A stretch of DNA of 43,545 bases. Source: Octopus bimaculoides (taxonomy: Eukaryota). The position numbers and the translations under genes are program-made. The notes beneath the pieces were generated by a model. The model was not told the DNA's origin. It ran no database searches and saw only the letters and a program-made list of their open reading frames with translations. The stretch covers positions 46,070,019-46,113,563 of the forward strand of contig NC_068997.1 of assembly GCF_001194135.2 (NCBI RefSeq), given 5' to 3'. Positions 32,501 through 43,545 of this stretch are shown here, piece after piece (positions within the stretch are counted from its first letter, which is position 1; every line of letters starts with the position of its first letter).

Positions 32501-35500
32501 CGAAAATTTAAAGAAACCTGTTGTGTATAAATGTGTGTGCGTGTACTTTGTGTTGACATCATGTGATGGTTGTAAATAAGCATCACTGTCATACCAGGGG
32601 TGTTGCTTGTTTTCAGTCTTCCACAAAAAACATGCCTCAACAAATTCTGTCTGAACAATGCAAGCTTCAACATGTTCTTTATTTCTCTAAAAAGCCCAAC
32701 TAAATGCAAGATATAAGCAGATCAGCACTTATTATGCAAGATAATATATTGACACTGAACAAATATAGGTACAGAGTAGCTGTGTGGTTAGGGAGCTAGC
32801 TTTGCAATCTTGTGGCTTCAGAGTTAATCTCATGATGTGGAACCTTAGACACATGTCTTCATCTATAACTTCCACAACAAGTGGAAACGTCATACACACA
32901 CACATGTAATTTTCTATTTATGTTTCCCAACTACCACTGCTTCACAGCTGACAGTTTGTTTTGTTTATGGGATTGCAACTTAACAGTCTTGTGAAAGACC
33001 CCGAATAAGTATGAGAGTCATTCTGTTCAGCAAAACCCTTCAAGGCAGTGTCCCAGCATGGCTGCAGCTTATTAAATGAACTGAAACATGTGGGGTAAAA
33101 AGTATAGGGTGCGAATATATAAGCATGCACACGCCACACTTAAGAGGCCAAAAGGTTGAGAAATGCAATAGAAACTTTAATTTAGAACTGTAGTCAGGCA
33201 ATAAGACATCAACGACAAAATATAGTTTCCAGCATTGGCAACTTACCGTGATTCATTCTGGAATGGAAGATCAAATCTAGAGGGGTTGCCAGAACTGCTC
33301 ATCCTGGAGCGTTTGCGTTCATCCCAAAGTTCTCTGTCACGAAAGCCACTTCGATCATGAGGTCTTTTTGCAGGATGTCTCATCTCTTCTAACCTGATAT
33401 TAAACAAAAAAACAACAAAATCAAATAAACAATAGCTATATTGAATGACAAGCAGTTATAAATAATATGAGATAGTAAACAATCATCGTTCATCGTTTAA
33501 CGTCCGCTTTCCATGCTAGCATGGGTTGGACGATTTGACTGAGGACTGGTGAAACCAGATGGCTACACCAGGCTCCAATCTGATTTGGCAGTTTCTACAG
33601 CTGGATACCCTTCCTAACGCCAACCACTCCGAGAGTGTAGTGGGTGCTTTTACGTGTCACCCGCACGAAGGCCAGTCAGGCGGTACTGGCAACGGCCACG
33701 CTCAAAATGGTGTCTTTTATGTGCCACCCGCACAAGAGCCAGTCCAGGGGCACTGGCAACGATCTCACTCGAAAATCCTTCTCAACTATAAAACAATTAA
33801 CAACCAGGACACCAGTTAAGCTAACAAGGTACCTCTATGTATGTAGTCATTAAACAAACTAGAAACGGCACCCAAAACTTCTGGAAGCTGTCCTCAACTT
33901 TCCAGAAAGTAAAAAACAAAATGTTGACTGCATTCAATAATGTAGTCCTACATTATTTCTAGAAGAAAAACAATGATCAAACAGAAAAAAAAAGTAGAAT
34001 GATAATAGATAGAACACCTTTGATTATAGTTCTATGTAATCTGGGCTGACTTACGTTTCAACAAAACTATCAAAGTGTTAATATCCACTTAACAAAAATA
34101 AAGCAGTAAACAGCCCCCAAATAATGATAAAAAGTATTCTTTCTGGTCATGGCCAGTGGAATATGAAGATTGGCTGTTATTGCTAGCAGATAAAGCAACT
34201 ACACCATATACAGGCTTCCTCAGAGTTTTTTTTTTTTTTTAATCGGTCAGTGGTTGTGATAAACATGATGTTGGATAAGTCAGAGGGGATGTCTTATACC
34301 CTCCATTATGAGATCAACAGATTAGCATTACAATATCTTTACATATATATGAATCTCAGTTGAGATTACTTTCCACAATTAGGAAAAATCCTACAACCTA
34401 ATCACCAATCTAACAAACATGAAATTGTTCAAAGGGAATAAAATAAATTCAGTCAAGTTGTATCAGACANNNNNNNNNNNNNNNNNNNNNNNNNNNNNNN
34501 NNNNNNNNNNATCAGACACTAAAAAAAAACACAAAACAGAAAAGAAAAAAAAATGAGTCGTAAATATTTAGAAATGATGAGAGAATGTGAAATAATTCAT
34601 TTTTATCTGTAGAGATAAAGCTATAAATATTAACATAAATATTGGGTTAAAAACCCCTTTTGGATCGAAAATAGCAAATGCTAGTCTTAGGACAATGATA
34701 AAATATCTGTCAGCTATTGACTTTCCCTATAGAAAAGGGATTTTAACGTAATATCTACATGCCTTTATCTATGGCTTTTCTGTATTCTAGAGATTAAACT
34801 TACCGCAACATCTCAGCACAACGCATCTCTACATTACGTCTTTCTATTTCAAGAAGTTCTTTTTCCATTCTGTATCTTAATAGTTTCTCCTTTTCCAGTT
34901 TCATTTTTTCCAATTTCATTTTCTCTAACCTGAAAAGAAGAGTGAAAGAACATAAGGATAACATTAAGAATTTAAACAGAAAACAAATGACAATCCCTGC
35001 CTACATTCACCAACTTTTATGTACCCTGATACACGTTACACTGTAAAGATATCCTGAGAGATGTTGTTTTGAATCTAGGAGAAATTACTTATTTGTCCAA
35101 ATGTCAAAAAAGGGAATGGTAACAGTTGTAAGGCCTTCAATCATTGGCTCACATGATAATTAAACAAACAGTTCACAAGAATCAAGGAACTGTTTATTTG
35201 ACAACCATTTTTTAAACTTTCACTGCTAAGTTCAATTCTTCCTTGGGCTTTGAAAGGATTTTGAAGAAAAGTACTCCAAATATGTCAGCCTCTCGTTATC
35301 CCAAAGCAGAATCAAACATTTACAATGGTAGCCAACCAACCTGCTGGATTATCAGATCTTAAAAAAGAAAAATATCAGGAGATTGCTAACACAATTTAAA
35401 CAAGATAAATAGATAATAAATATATCACTCAATACATCTTACATGCTCTGGTTTTTAATTTTCTTCTCATATATATTGAATATCTTCCTTCTTAGCCTCT

Positions 35501-38500
35501 ACCTTTCTGACCAAATTCCAAATACCTCATAAGCCACAATTATTGTCTAAAAGATGCATACTCTGCTAAAGGCACCGAAGAACCAGATGCGGTACTGAAC
35601 ATGACAACACAATAATTCTACCACAATAACAGAGATGACCTCAGACAGCTTTTAACATTTTCCATCAATCAAATTTCACTGGCAAAGCATTGGTCAACTG
35701 AAGACTATGATAGAAATTACTCGTCTAATGTGATACACAATGACCCTGAAGTTTGTATAATGGGAGTGTGAAGTAAACTTCTCACCCACACAATCATGAC
35801 ATTCTGTCTTAAAACAGTTTAAATGTGAATGCACTTTTCACAAACCTTATCTTCTCTCTAACTTTGCCCAATCTTTTCACCTCCTCCTTCTGTTCCCGTT
35901 CCACATTCTGCTGAAGCATCCGGGCCATGTCAAGTTTTTTCAACCGACGCCTCTCCTGTTCCCTACGATTCCTTTGTCTCTGACGTAAACGCTGTCGCTC
36001 TCTTTCCTTCTGTCAAGAAATTTGGTGGGGTTTTGTTTTTATTTTCAAGAATGGAATATGAAAAGAGAATAATTATTAAATAGCAAAGAATAAAACAAAC
36101 GACATAAAATCAACAAAGAAACCCACACAAAACTAAATAACCGTACAAAATAAGACTTGATATTATACAAACAGTGACATAGAACATGACAAATCTAAAT
36201 ACCACAATAATTTAATACAAGCATCTCAGATTTTAGCAGTTCTGTATAGCACTAAAAGCTGCTACTCTGACATCATAATACCCTTATATCCTGATATAAA
36301 TAGGGAAATCTCTTTGTTTTACATAATTTTTCCACACTAGACTAGGAGCTACAATTCCCTCCTCTTACTAACCATTCAATCTAAGTAAAATTGGAATAAA
36401 TTTTATCAGTTGAGCAAACTTGAGTAAGTACAATTATATCATTTATTACAGCAAATAGGACAAAACATAACAGCTGCAGAAAGATTTGAACTTCTACTCT
36501 TGAACCAGTGTCCTACATCCAGAGTAAGTGGCTGTATTCTAATGAAATAGTTGACCTACTTCCACCTAATCTGGTTTGAAGTTTCTTTACATATTCTGTA
36601 CTGCAACAGCCACAACAGTTACTACCACAACTATTGTGACTATTGCAGAGTCACATCTGAATCAATCAGCTTAATTTAAACGATTTCTTTAGGTTACATC
36701 TCAGCCATGTTACACACTAAGACCTTCATTGGAAGATACTGCATTTCAATGTTAACACTCCAGGTATTATCAGTTTTATGGTACAGGAGCTCTATCTCAG
36801 GGGTTTTCAAACTGTGGTCCGCAAGGACAAGACAGGGGGTCTGTGGACAGCAAATACTTTTTATGGGCAATTTGATTTTATATATGTTTTTTAATCAAAA
36901 TCTTTTAATTGACAATAAACCTATTTGTTAAATACTGTTAAATAAATAAATGTAAAAATATATGTTATTTTAAGCAAATATTTATGTATAAATTTCATAA
37001 GCGTTTATAAGGGGGTCCCTAAGGTAAAGCCTGAAATATAAAGGGGTCTGCAAGTCAAAAAGTTTGAAAACCCCTGCTCTATCTCATGATTTTAAGAAAT
37101 GATCAAGGATGATAACCAGACCAGATTCAGGGTCAAGTAAGTGAAGTTAGCCACTCTAGTTTCAGGGTCAAGTGACATTAGGCACTACAAGTTCAGGATA
37201 GAATAAGTTACCCACTCTAGTTTTAGGGTGGAGTAAATGATGACAAGCACTCAAGTTTCAGGATCAAATAAGCGAAATTAGCCACTCTAGTTTGTTCAAG
37301 GCAAAATTATTTATCTTATTCTACTTCAACTACACACTTTAGCCACATTAAAAAACACCTACATGAAATTGTACTTACTTTTATTTGAGCAAATGATAAA
37401 ATATCTTTCTTGGAAGAAGGGTCACCAGGCCCTCGGGGTTTAGGCTTTGTTGTACTGGGAACTTTCTCTTTGGTGCTTGCTGCTGCTGCTGCGGCTGCAG
37501 GCTCTGCACTTTTCTCAGAGCCTTCTTTTGTAGATGGTTTCAAACTTGTTGCTGGTTTAGCTGCACTCTTATTCGGTGTAGCTGCATGAGATTTATCTGA
37601 AACAGTAAATCATTCACCACCATCAATTAAAGTTCACTTTTTTGTATGTGCTTGCACTGGTCAGATGGAGTTTGTTGGGGCAGATTTTCTATCGTCATAT
37701 ACCTTTCCTGATGCCAACTCTCAGCTATTTCTAAACAAGATCATACCTTCCTATGGCTAGACAGATCTTTCACACAGAAGACCAAAAATAAATAAGACTT
37801 GTATGAGGGCAATGCACATTTACAACCATCATGTGCTGTCAAGACAATGGTACAAACAAGCACACATTTCTACACATAGATACATACACATACAATAGGT
37901 TTCTTCCACCTTCTGTCAACTCACAAGGCTTTAGTCAGATTGGAGATAGAGTAAAGACACTTGCTGAATGTTTCATGAAGTGGGACTGAAGTTGAGACCA
38001 TATTGTTAACCACAAAGTTTCAGTGGCACTTAAAACACACTAGAAAAATGCTTACAAATCCTGCTAATCTAACCCAGCAAAAATCAGGATATACTCCAAG
38101 TTTAAAAAAAAAAGCAAAACACACACACATGCGACTGACCTGAGCTTTTGTGATGACTTCCGCTGATTCTGCTAGTTTGTCTTTTGTCATCTCTTCTGTT
38201 GGATGTTCTCCTGCTTTTGTCATCTTTCTTTAAATCTTTCTTCTCAACTTTCTTCACACCATCTTTTTTCTCTGCAAACACAAAAACACCATCACAATCT
38301 ATAAATTTGAAGGCAGTATAGAGATACCTATTGTGTCAAGGTAACCACCATCAACATCATTTTTGATGCCTACTTTTCCATGCTCCCATGGAGCAGAAAG
38401 AATTTGTTGAGGTGGATTGTTCTATGGATAGATGCCCTTCCTGTCACCAACAGTCACGTTTCCAAGTGAGGTAATATGCCCTCAGGACCAGACATGTTTC

Positions 38501-41500
38501 AAGGAAGATTAGAAACACAGGACACTGCTTGCACCATGGCAACATTTCTTTACAACTATCACACAAAGTCAAGGCACACAGATAGGTTTATATATGTAAT
38601 ATATGGACAACAGACTTCTTTCAGTTTTTGCCTACCAAATCCATTTATGGGGCTTAGGTCAGCCTGGAGCTATAGTAGGAAACACTCGCCTAAAGCACCA
38701 CACAGTCACACCTGATATTTGTGATTTTTTGAATACTATTATTGTAGTTAAATAATTGTGAAATGCCAATGGTTTTATTAAACTAATTACTTGGTTAGTA
38801 ACATGAAACACTAAGTTCAGCTAACTTCAATGCAAAGACTTGTAGAGTCTCTACATTGGAATTCTAGAGCCAAATTCTGTTTAGAGTACAAATATGAAAC
38901 ACTGGAAGAAGTCATACCATCTTTCTTCACCTCAGCCTTTTCTACTTTCTTTTCTCCTGACTTGATTTCTGGTGCTTTAGTCTGAGTTGTAGGTTCTTTT
39001 CTAGCCTGAAAAATAAAGGAAATATTNNNNNNNNNNNNNNNNNNNNNNNNNNNNNNNNNNNNNNNNNNNNNNNNNNNNNNNNNNNNNNNNNNNNNNNNNN
39101 NNNNTATGACACCTCATCCCTACTCCTTTATTAACGATGTATTTGTACTATGTGCAAATAGACACATACAATCTACAGTTTATCATCACACATCTCTCTA
39201 CCAATAGATTATTACTAATATCATTGCATGTTATACATTCACACACACATAACTGGGTCTCTAAACAAAATAACGAACTTAGGATAACTCACCCTTTCAA
39301 CGGATATCATACGGCCATGCAGTTCGGTCTGATTCAAATGCTGAATACATTTAGAAGCTTCATGTGAAGAAGACATAGTTACAAAACCATAACATCGAGC
39401 ACCAGGGCTCCGTGCATTTGTCACTACTTTGGCACCAACAACCTGATGTAGACAAAAACAAAATCTAAATTAAATTTTATACAAAAAATTTATTTTGGTA
39501 TTTATTCAGCCCAATACTCATCAATATTACCAATACTAATAAATTATTTCTACATTTCATAGATTAAAAGCAGTAAATGGTTGAAACAGAAGTCAAGTGA
39601 AACTCGTTACAAGAAGCATTTCTTAAATTGGTTTGGTCCTAATAAAAAGGCAATGTCTATGGTTCTCCAAGACTGAAAAAAAATCTATATGATCGATAAT
39701 TTGCTTAAATAGTTACAATGTCAGCTGTCTAGAAAGTTCACATTCTGGAAAAAAAGGACTAAGAGCAGGAGTTACTATAGGCTCTAAAGTAGGTGTACAC
39801 ATAATGTCACTAACAAAATAAAAGTGAATCAAGCGTCAAGAAGTGGGAGTAGCACAAGACAAGCCAGTTCCAAGGAACAGACCCCACAGCAGAAGGCATA
39901 GATAAGGGAAGAGAGAAAAGACAGCAGGTCCTTCAACTGGAAGCCTGAGTATGTTGACAAAAGTCTTCATACCATTCAGGTGAGTGCCATTTCACTTGGA
40001 TGCGGTTTATGAATAGCAACAGATGTGAGAGGAGTATACTAAAGGAGGTTTCATCTGAGCTGTGTAGAAGGCTAACAGTTGAAGTATTTTCTGGTCCTAA
40101 AAACAAAGACCAGAATTTGTAATGAAGCATTGTTATGATGAGAATATACATTTAGCAGGAGATCCTTAGCCAGAGCAAGGCCTAGCACTTTTAAGAAACA
40201 CTCTACAGTCCAGTTGCTGCATGACCTTCATACTGAGAAAGTGTAACAGGAGTTGGGGTGGGTGACGATCTTACTTTTCTTGATAGTGTCTGTGTCACTG
40301 TGTTGTTCAATGTGTCAAGATAGATACACCTTTCTTGAAGAAAGTTTTCAAGAAGTCAGTGCAGGTTTGGCATCCGGTGAATGCAGATGAAAGTTGGGGG
40401 CTAAAGATAAGGGACGACTGAAGTGTGGTTATCATCTACATAGAAGTGGTGGGTATCACTGAAGGTGACACAAAAGGAGCACAAACTGAACCATGGAGCA
40501 GACCAAAAGTTAATGGAATGTGAGTCTAAGAGAGATATAGACATGCACATGCTGAAGCTCTAGTCACCTGACAGGAAACCTCCAATCCAAGAACCCACAG
40601 GCAGTTAGATATACTCAGAGATTTAGGGCACATAAATCACAGTGAAATGCTTTGCAACATTATTTTCTTCAAGTATTTTTCTAAGAGTAAAAACTTACCG
40701 AGCTACTGATGAGTGAAGAAGAATATGTCTCCAGTAGATTGGCTTTATGTAAGCAGTAGTGGAGGTTATCAAGGGGAGAGATGGATTCTGAGTGTTAGAG
40801 AAGGTTATTTGACAGACTATCATCTCTGACAAATTGAAAGTGAGTGCAATAAGACGATAGTTGGGGTAATTTCCAGGAAACGGGACATATTGTAACAAGA
40901 ATCCAAAGACTGAGATATATGGAGTCAAATTGAAAAGTTTGGTGAGGATAGGGTTAGCTACAGATTTCATGGCTAAAGGTATTATTGTTTTGAGATGATT
41001 GGGAGAGATTTTGCATTTGGCATGTATGTGGTGGTGGAGTGGAAAACAAAAGTTTTGAGAGAGGATTTACTTAGGGTATGCCATGTGGAGATGGAGACAA
41101 AGTAAGCAATCCCTGTAGAGGCTTCCTGCTCAAGAGTATTGGTTGCAGAACCAGAGAAGTGGAAGGGAGAAGGATTTTGCAAAGATGGCTCAAATCAGTT
41201 TTGAAAACGAACAAGATCAGTAGTTGTTTTTGGAAATGAGAAAGCTTACAGGTTGTACCATACATGGCAGCATCCTTTGCATTACAGATGGTAGTTTTGC
41301 AGATTTCATGTTACAAGAAAGCTGCCTGGTGTGTAAGGGTGAATTTCTGTCACCTGCCTAGCTGTCTCTGATATGTTCAGAGTCAAGTATATATATATAT
41401 CAAAGAAAATAGTATAGAACTGGTGGAGTTCTGACCATTCTGCTAACCATAAGTGCCAGAGGGCTCAAACGAGCAGGGAAGGTATGTCAAGCAGTACATG

Positions 41501-41986
41501 CAAGTGTTATGGACAACGACACACAAAGCAGAGAGTGGTGGTGGTTTAGCAGTGGCTACATTTGGAGAAGAGAAAGAAGTTGTTTACAGAGTAAACACAC
41601 ATTGGACTAGCATAGATAGTGTGAATATAAGTACTAATTAGTAATAAATATGATTAGTAAAAAATTATATGAAATAGAAGAAACAGATTTTATTCAACAT
41701 ACCTTGCCATATTTGGTAAAAAGCACTTTAAGGTCTGTAGCACGGGTGCTTGTGGCAAGACCACTGACCCACAGATTCCGACTGTTTTGGTCATTGCCTA
41801 TTAAATACAAAAATAAATCAATATGAAAAGATTACCAGCAAATACGACACTTAAAGGTTAAAACTGCAAATAAATACTTCACACTGAAAACAACCTTAGT
41901 GAATAACAATAGGGTCCAGAACAAGTAGAAAAAAAAACAACTTACTTTTGATATTCTTGATAACTTTGGGTTTAGAAGCTGAAGAA
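29155..41986 (-). CDS. SAFB: SAFB/SLTM-family gene copy A (canonical; 5' exons beyond the right edge or in gap 42207-42833), 12 visible coding exons
   Basis: All exons have GT-AG boundaries and compatible phases, giving one open frame: [51 protein letters not shown]...[11 protein letters not shown] (closely matches the SAFB1/SAFB2/SLTM RRM), Lys-rich linker, R/E coiled-coil, R/D-rich region, Gly-rich tail ending [11 protein letters not shown]. Confidence 0.92.
29950..30180 (+). mobile_element. Degenerate SINE (ggcaccttgggcaagtgt core)
   Basis: Related degenerate copies at ~26220-26410, 32360-32640 and 32770-33100. Confidence 0.5.
30200..30405 (-). mobile_element. Degenerate SINE
   Basis: Reverse homolog of 13142-13370. 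Confidence 0.5.
30792..30931 (-). CDS. SAFB: Copy A exon MPFELRRD...RNSV
   Basis: 140 nt, ttccag/gtaag, phase 2-1. Confidence 0.9.
31066..31283 (-). mobile_element. 5'-truncated SINE with 16-bp TSD
   Basis: TSD CAGGTGGTGCTATTAT at 31050-31065 and 31284-31299; T-rich tail. Confidence 0.85.
31508..31714 (-). CDS. SAFB: Copy A R/D/E-rich exon [12 protein letters not shown]...EKLN
   Basis: 207 nt, ctctcag/gtaat, phase 2-2. Confidence 0.9.
33247..33393 (-). CDS. SAFB: Copy A exon [14 protein letters not shown]...FQNES
   Basis: 147 nt, atcag/gtaag, phase 2-2. Confidence 0.9.
33482..33780 (-). mobile_element. SINE, same family as 5660-6175, single internal unit
   Basis: High identity to the reverse complement of ~5880-6165; absent from the homologous B intron. 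Confidence 0.85.
34804..34929 (-). CDS. SAFB: Copy A coiled-coil exon 2 ([15 protein letters not shown]...AEML)
   Basis: 126 nt, tttcag/gtaag, phase 2-2. Confidence 0.9.
35846..36009 (-). CDS. SAFB: Copy A coiled-coil exon 1 ([10 protein letters not shown]...KVREKI)
   Basis: 164 nt, gacag/gtttg, phase 0-2. Confidence 0.88.
36798..37076. mobile_element. hAT (Charlie-like) MITE
   Basis: Perfect 16-bp TIR CAGGGGTTTTCAAACT; 8-bp TSD CTCTATCT. Confidence 0.9.
37125..37295. repeat. Degenerate ~30-35-bp minisatellite
   Basis: Recurring ccactctagttt / agtttcaggatc / cagggtcaagt units. Confidence 0.5.
37379..37596 (-). CDS. SAFB: Copy A exon DKSHAATP...DILSFAQIK
   Basis: 218 nt, tttcag/gtaag, phase 1-0; ends in ILSFxQIK just before the coiled-coil. 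Confidence 0.88.
38140..38271 (-). CDS. SAFB: Copy A Lys-rich exon EKKDGVKK...HHKSS
   Basis: 132 nt, ttgcag/gtcag, phase 1-1. Confidence 0.85.
38918..39005 (-). CDS. SAFB: Copy A exon [10 protein letters not shown]...EVKKD
   Basis: 88 nt, tttcag/gtatg, phase 0-1. Confidence 0.85.
39293..39442 (-). CDS. SAFB: Copy A RRM exon 2 ([23 protein letters not shown]...ISVER)
   Basis: 150 nt, phase 0-0, RNP1 RCYGFVTM. Confidence 0.95.
39830..41390 (-). mobile_element. Decayed LINE (CR1/L2-like) ORF2 fragment
   Basis: LTKLFN...NYRLIALT (NYRPISLT-like) and [13 protein letters not shown] motifs; strand-asymmetric composition. Confidence 0.55.
41703..41797 (-). CDS. SAFB: Copy A RRM exon 1 ([13 protein letters not shown]...KYGK)
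   Basis: 95 nt, taatag/gtatg, RNP2 LWVSGL. Confidence 0.95.
41946..41986 (-). CDS. SAFB: Copy A exon [13 protein letters not shown] (41 nt, phase 2-1)
   Basis: ttgcag acceptor, gtaag donor; homologous to copy B exon 19061-19095. Confidence 0.8.
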
Positions 41987-42146
41987 CTGCAACAATAAAA
42001 CAAATGTTTAGAAATATTAGGATGATGATTATGAATAGTGAATGTCATTCATATGAATTACATTCAACTAGCAACTCAAACGATGTTATTCTAGGACCCT
42101 AACTATAGATATGTAGAGATATATATTAAAGGAACAGATAAGGGCT

Positions 42147-42153
42147 ATGTATG

Positions 42154-42206
<53 letters not shown>
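42147..42206. repeat. (AT)n microsatellite at a contig edge
   Basis: Direct reading; followed by a 627-N gap. Confidence 0.9.
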
Positions 42207-43545
42207 NNNNNNNNNNNNNNNNNNNNNNNNNNNNNNNNNNNNNNNNNNNNNNNNNNNNNNNNNNNNNNNNNNNNNNNNNNNNNNNNNNNNNNNNNNNNNN
42301 NNNNNNNNNNNNNNNNNNNNNNNNNNNNNNNNNNNNNNNNNNNNNNNNNNNNNNNNNNNNNNNNNNNNNNNNNNNNNNNNNNNNNNNNNNNNNNNNNNNN
42401 NNNNNNNNNNNNNNNNNNNNNNNNNNNNNNNNNNNNNNNNNNNNNNNNNNNNNNNNNNNNNNNNNNNNNNNNNNNNNNNNNNNNNNNNNNNNNNNNNNNN
42501 NNNNNNNNNNNNNNNNNNNNNNNNNNNNNNNNNNNNNNNNNNNNNNNNNNNNNNNNNNNNNNNNNNNNNNNNNNNNNNNNNNNNNNNNNNNNNNNNNNNN
42601 NNNNNNNNNNNNNNNNNNNNNNNNNNNNNNNNNNNNNNNNNNNNNNNNNNNNNNNNNNNNNNNNNNNNNNNNNNNNNNNNNNNNNNNNNNNNNNNNNNNN
42701 NNNNNNNNNNNNNNNNNNNNNNNNNNNNNNNNNNNNNNNNNNNNNNNNNNNNNNNNNNNNNNNNNNNNNNNNNNNNNNNNNNNNNNNNNNNNNNNNNNNN
42801 NNNNNNNNNNNNNNNNNNNNNNNNNNNNNNNNNCACATCTTTAAGACATGTTTATTTTGTAAGGGATAAAGAATGATGTAACAACATAACTAACATTAAA
42901 CAAAGCAGAGGTGTTCTACACATTATATATTATGTGAATACTTCTATAAAAAAAGTTACTAATGCATAAAGGGGGAAAGCGTAATGATGAAAGAAGCTTA
43001 CCTGCTGAAAAACGTGATTTTGTGAGAGTTATTTATTATCCCTTTTCAGGAATAAATGAATACAAAAGACACTAACTTCAAATGAAGATACTGGTGAAGA
43101 CAATAAATGGATTACCTAAACTAGCTAACAATTGACACTACACATCAGCAGCATATGACCAACACTCATGAAGAAAAATGTACAAAAACACAAGGGACTA
43201 TAGTCTTCATGAAACTAAAAAGAGGTCAGCAAGAAATGTGGAACTCCCTAAACATTAACTGCTAATTTAGCAGGAACATGGCTGGAATACAGGAATCTTA
43301 AACTCAGTCTTCATGCTTTCCAAACATCTTCCAATTTGTATCTTGTCAAAATCATTTATTATCTAACATCGACTAAGTCCTGTTATTTTATTCTTGGGAA
43401 CTTCGGGATCCCTCCTCCTTCTCCTCCTCCGCTTCAATTGTAGTTGCCATCTTCAACAAAACAGATAACTTGGCTTCTTGATATTGGTTAATCTGTTCCT
43501 GTGGAGAATGCGTCAGTAATTTGGTAATCATTTAACATCTGACTT

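Noticed and set aside
43200-43545. GC-richer stretch at the right edge as a copy A exon
   Set aside because: Stops in all minus-strand frames and no match to B or C exons; left unassigned.

Overview
AT-rich metazoan genomic DNA with assembly gaps, microsatellites and many SINE/MITE/transposon relics. The repeat families look like coleoid cephalopod (Octopus-type) repeats; that assignment is inferred from pattern recognition, not a search. Hand-splicing the minus strand gives a head-to-tail tandem array of three SAFB/SLTM-family genes (SAP domain + RRM + R/E coiled-coil + Gly-rich tail). Copy A (right; 5' end outside the window; 12 exons, 29155-41986) has a canonical SAFB RRM. Copy B (10295-25855) is nearly complete with canonical splice sites, but has an RRM only ~40% identical to A, a shortened SAP exon, an internally duplicated coiled-coil exon and two 1-nt frame anomalies. 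Copy C (2140-9113; 3' end outside the window) has an intact SAP exon. Neither B nor C has an in-frame ATG before the SAP domain. Both have CTG in strong Kozak context (ACC-CTG-G) and an identical CTCF-consensus 14-mer ~150-170 bp upstream. Most ORF-track entries are gap or repeat artefacts.
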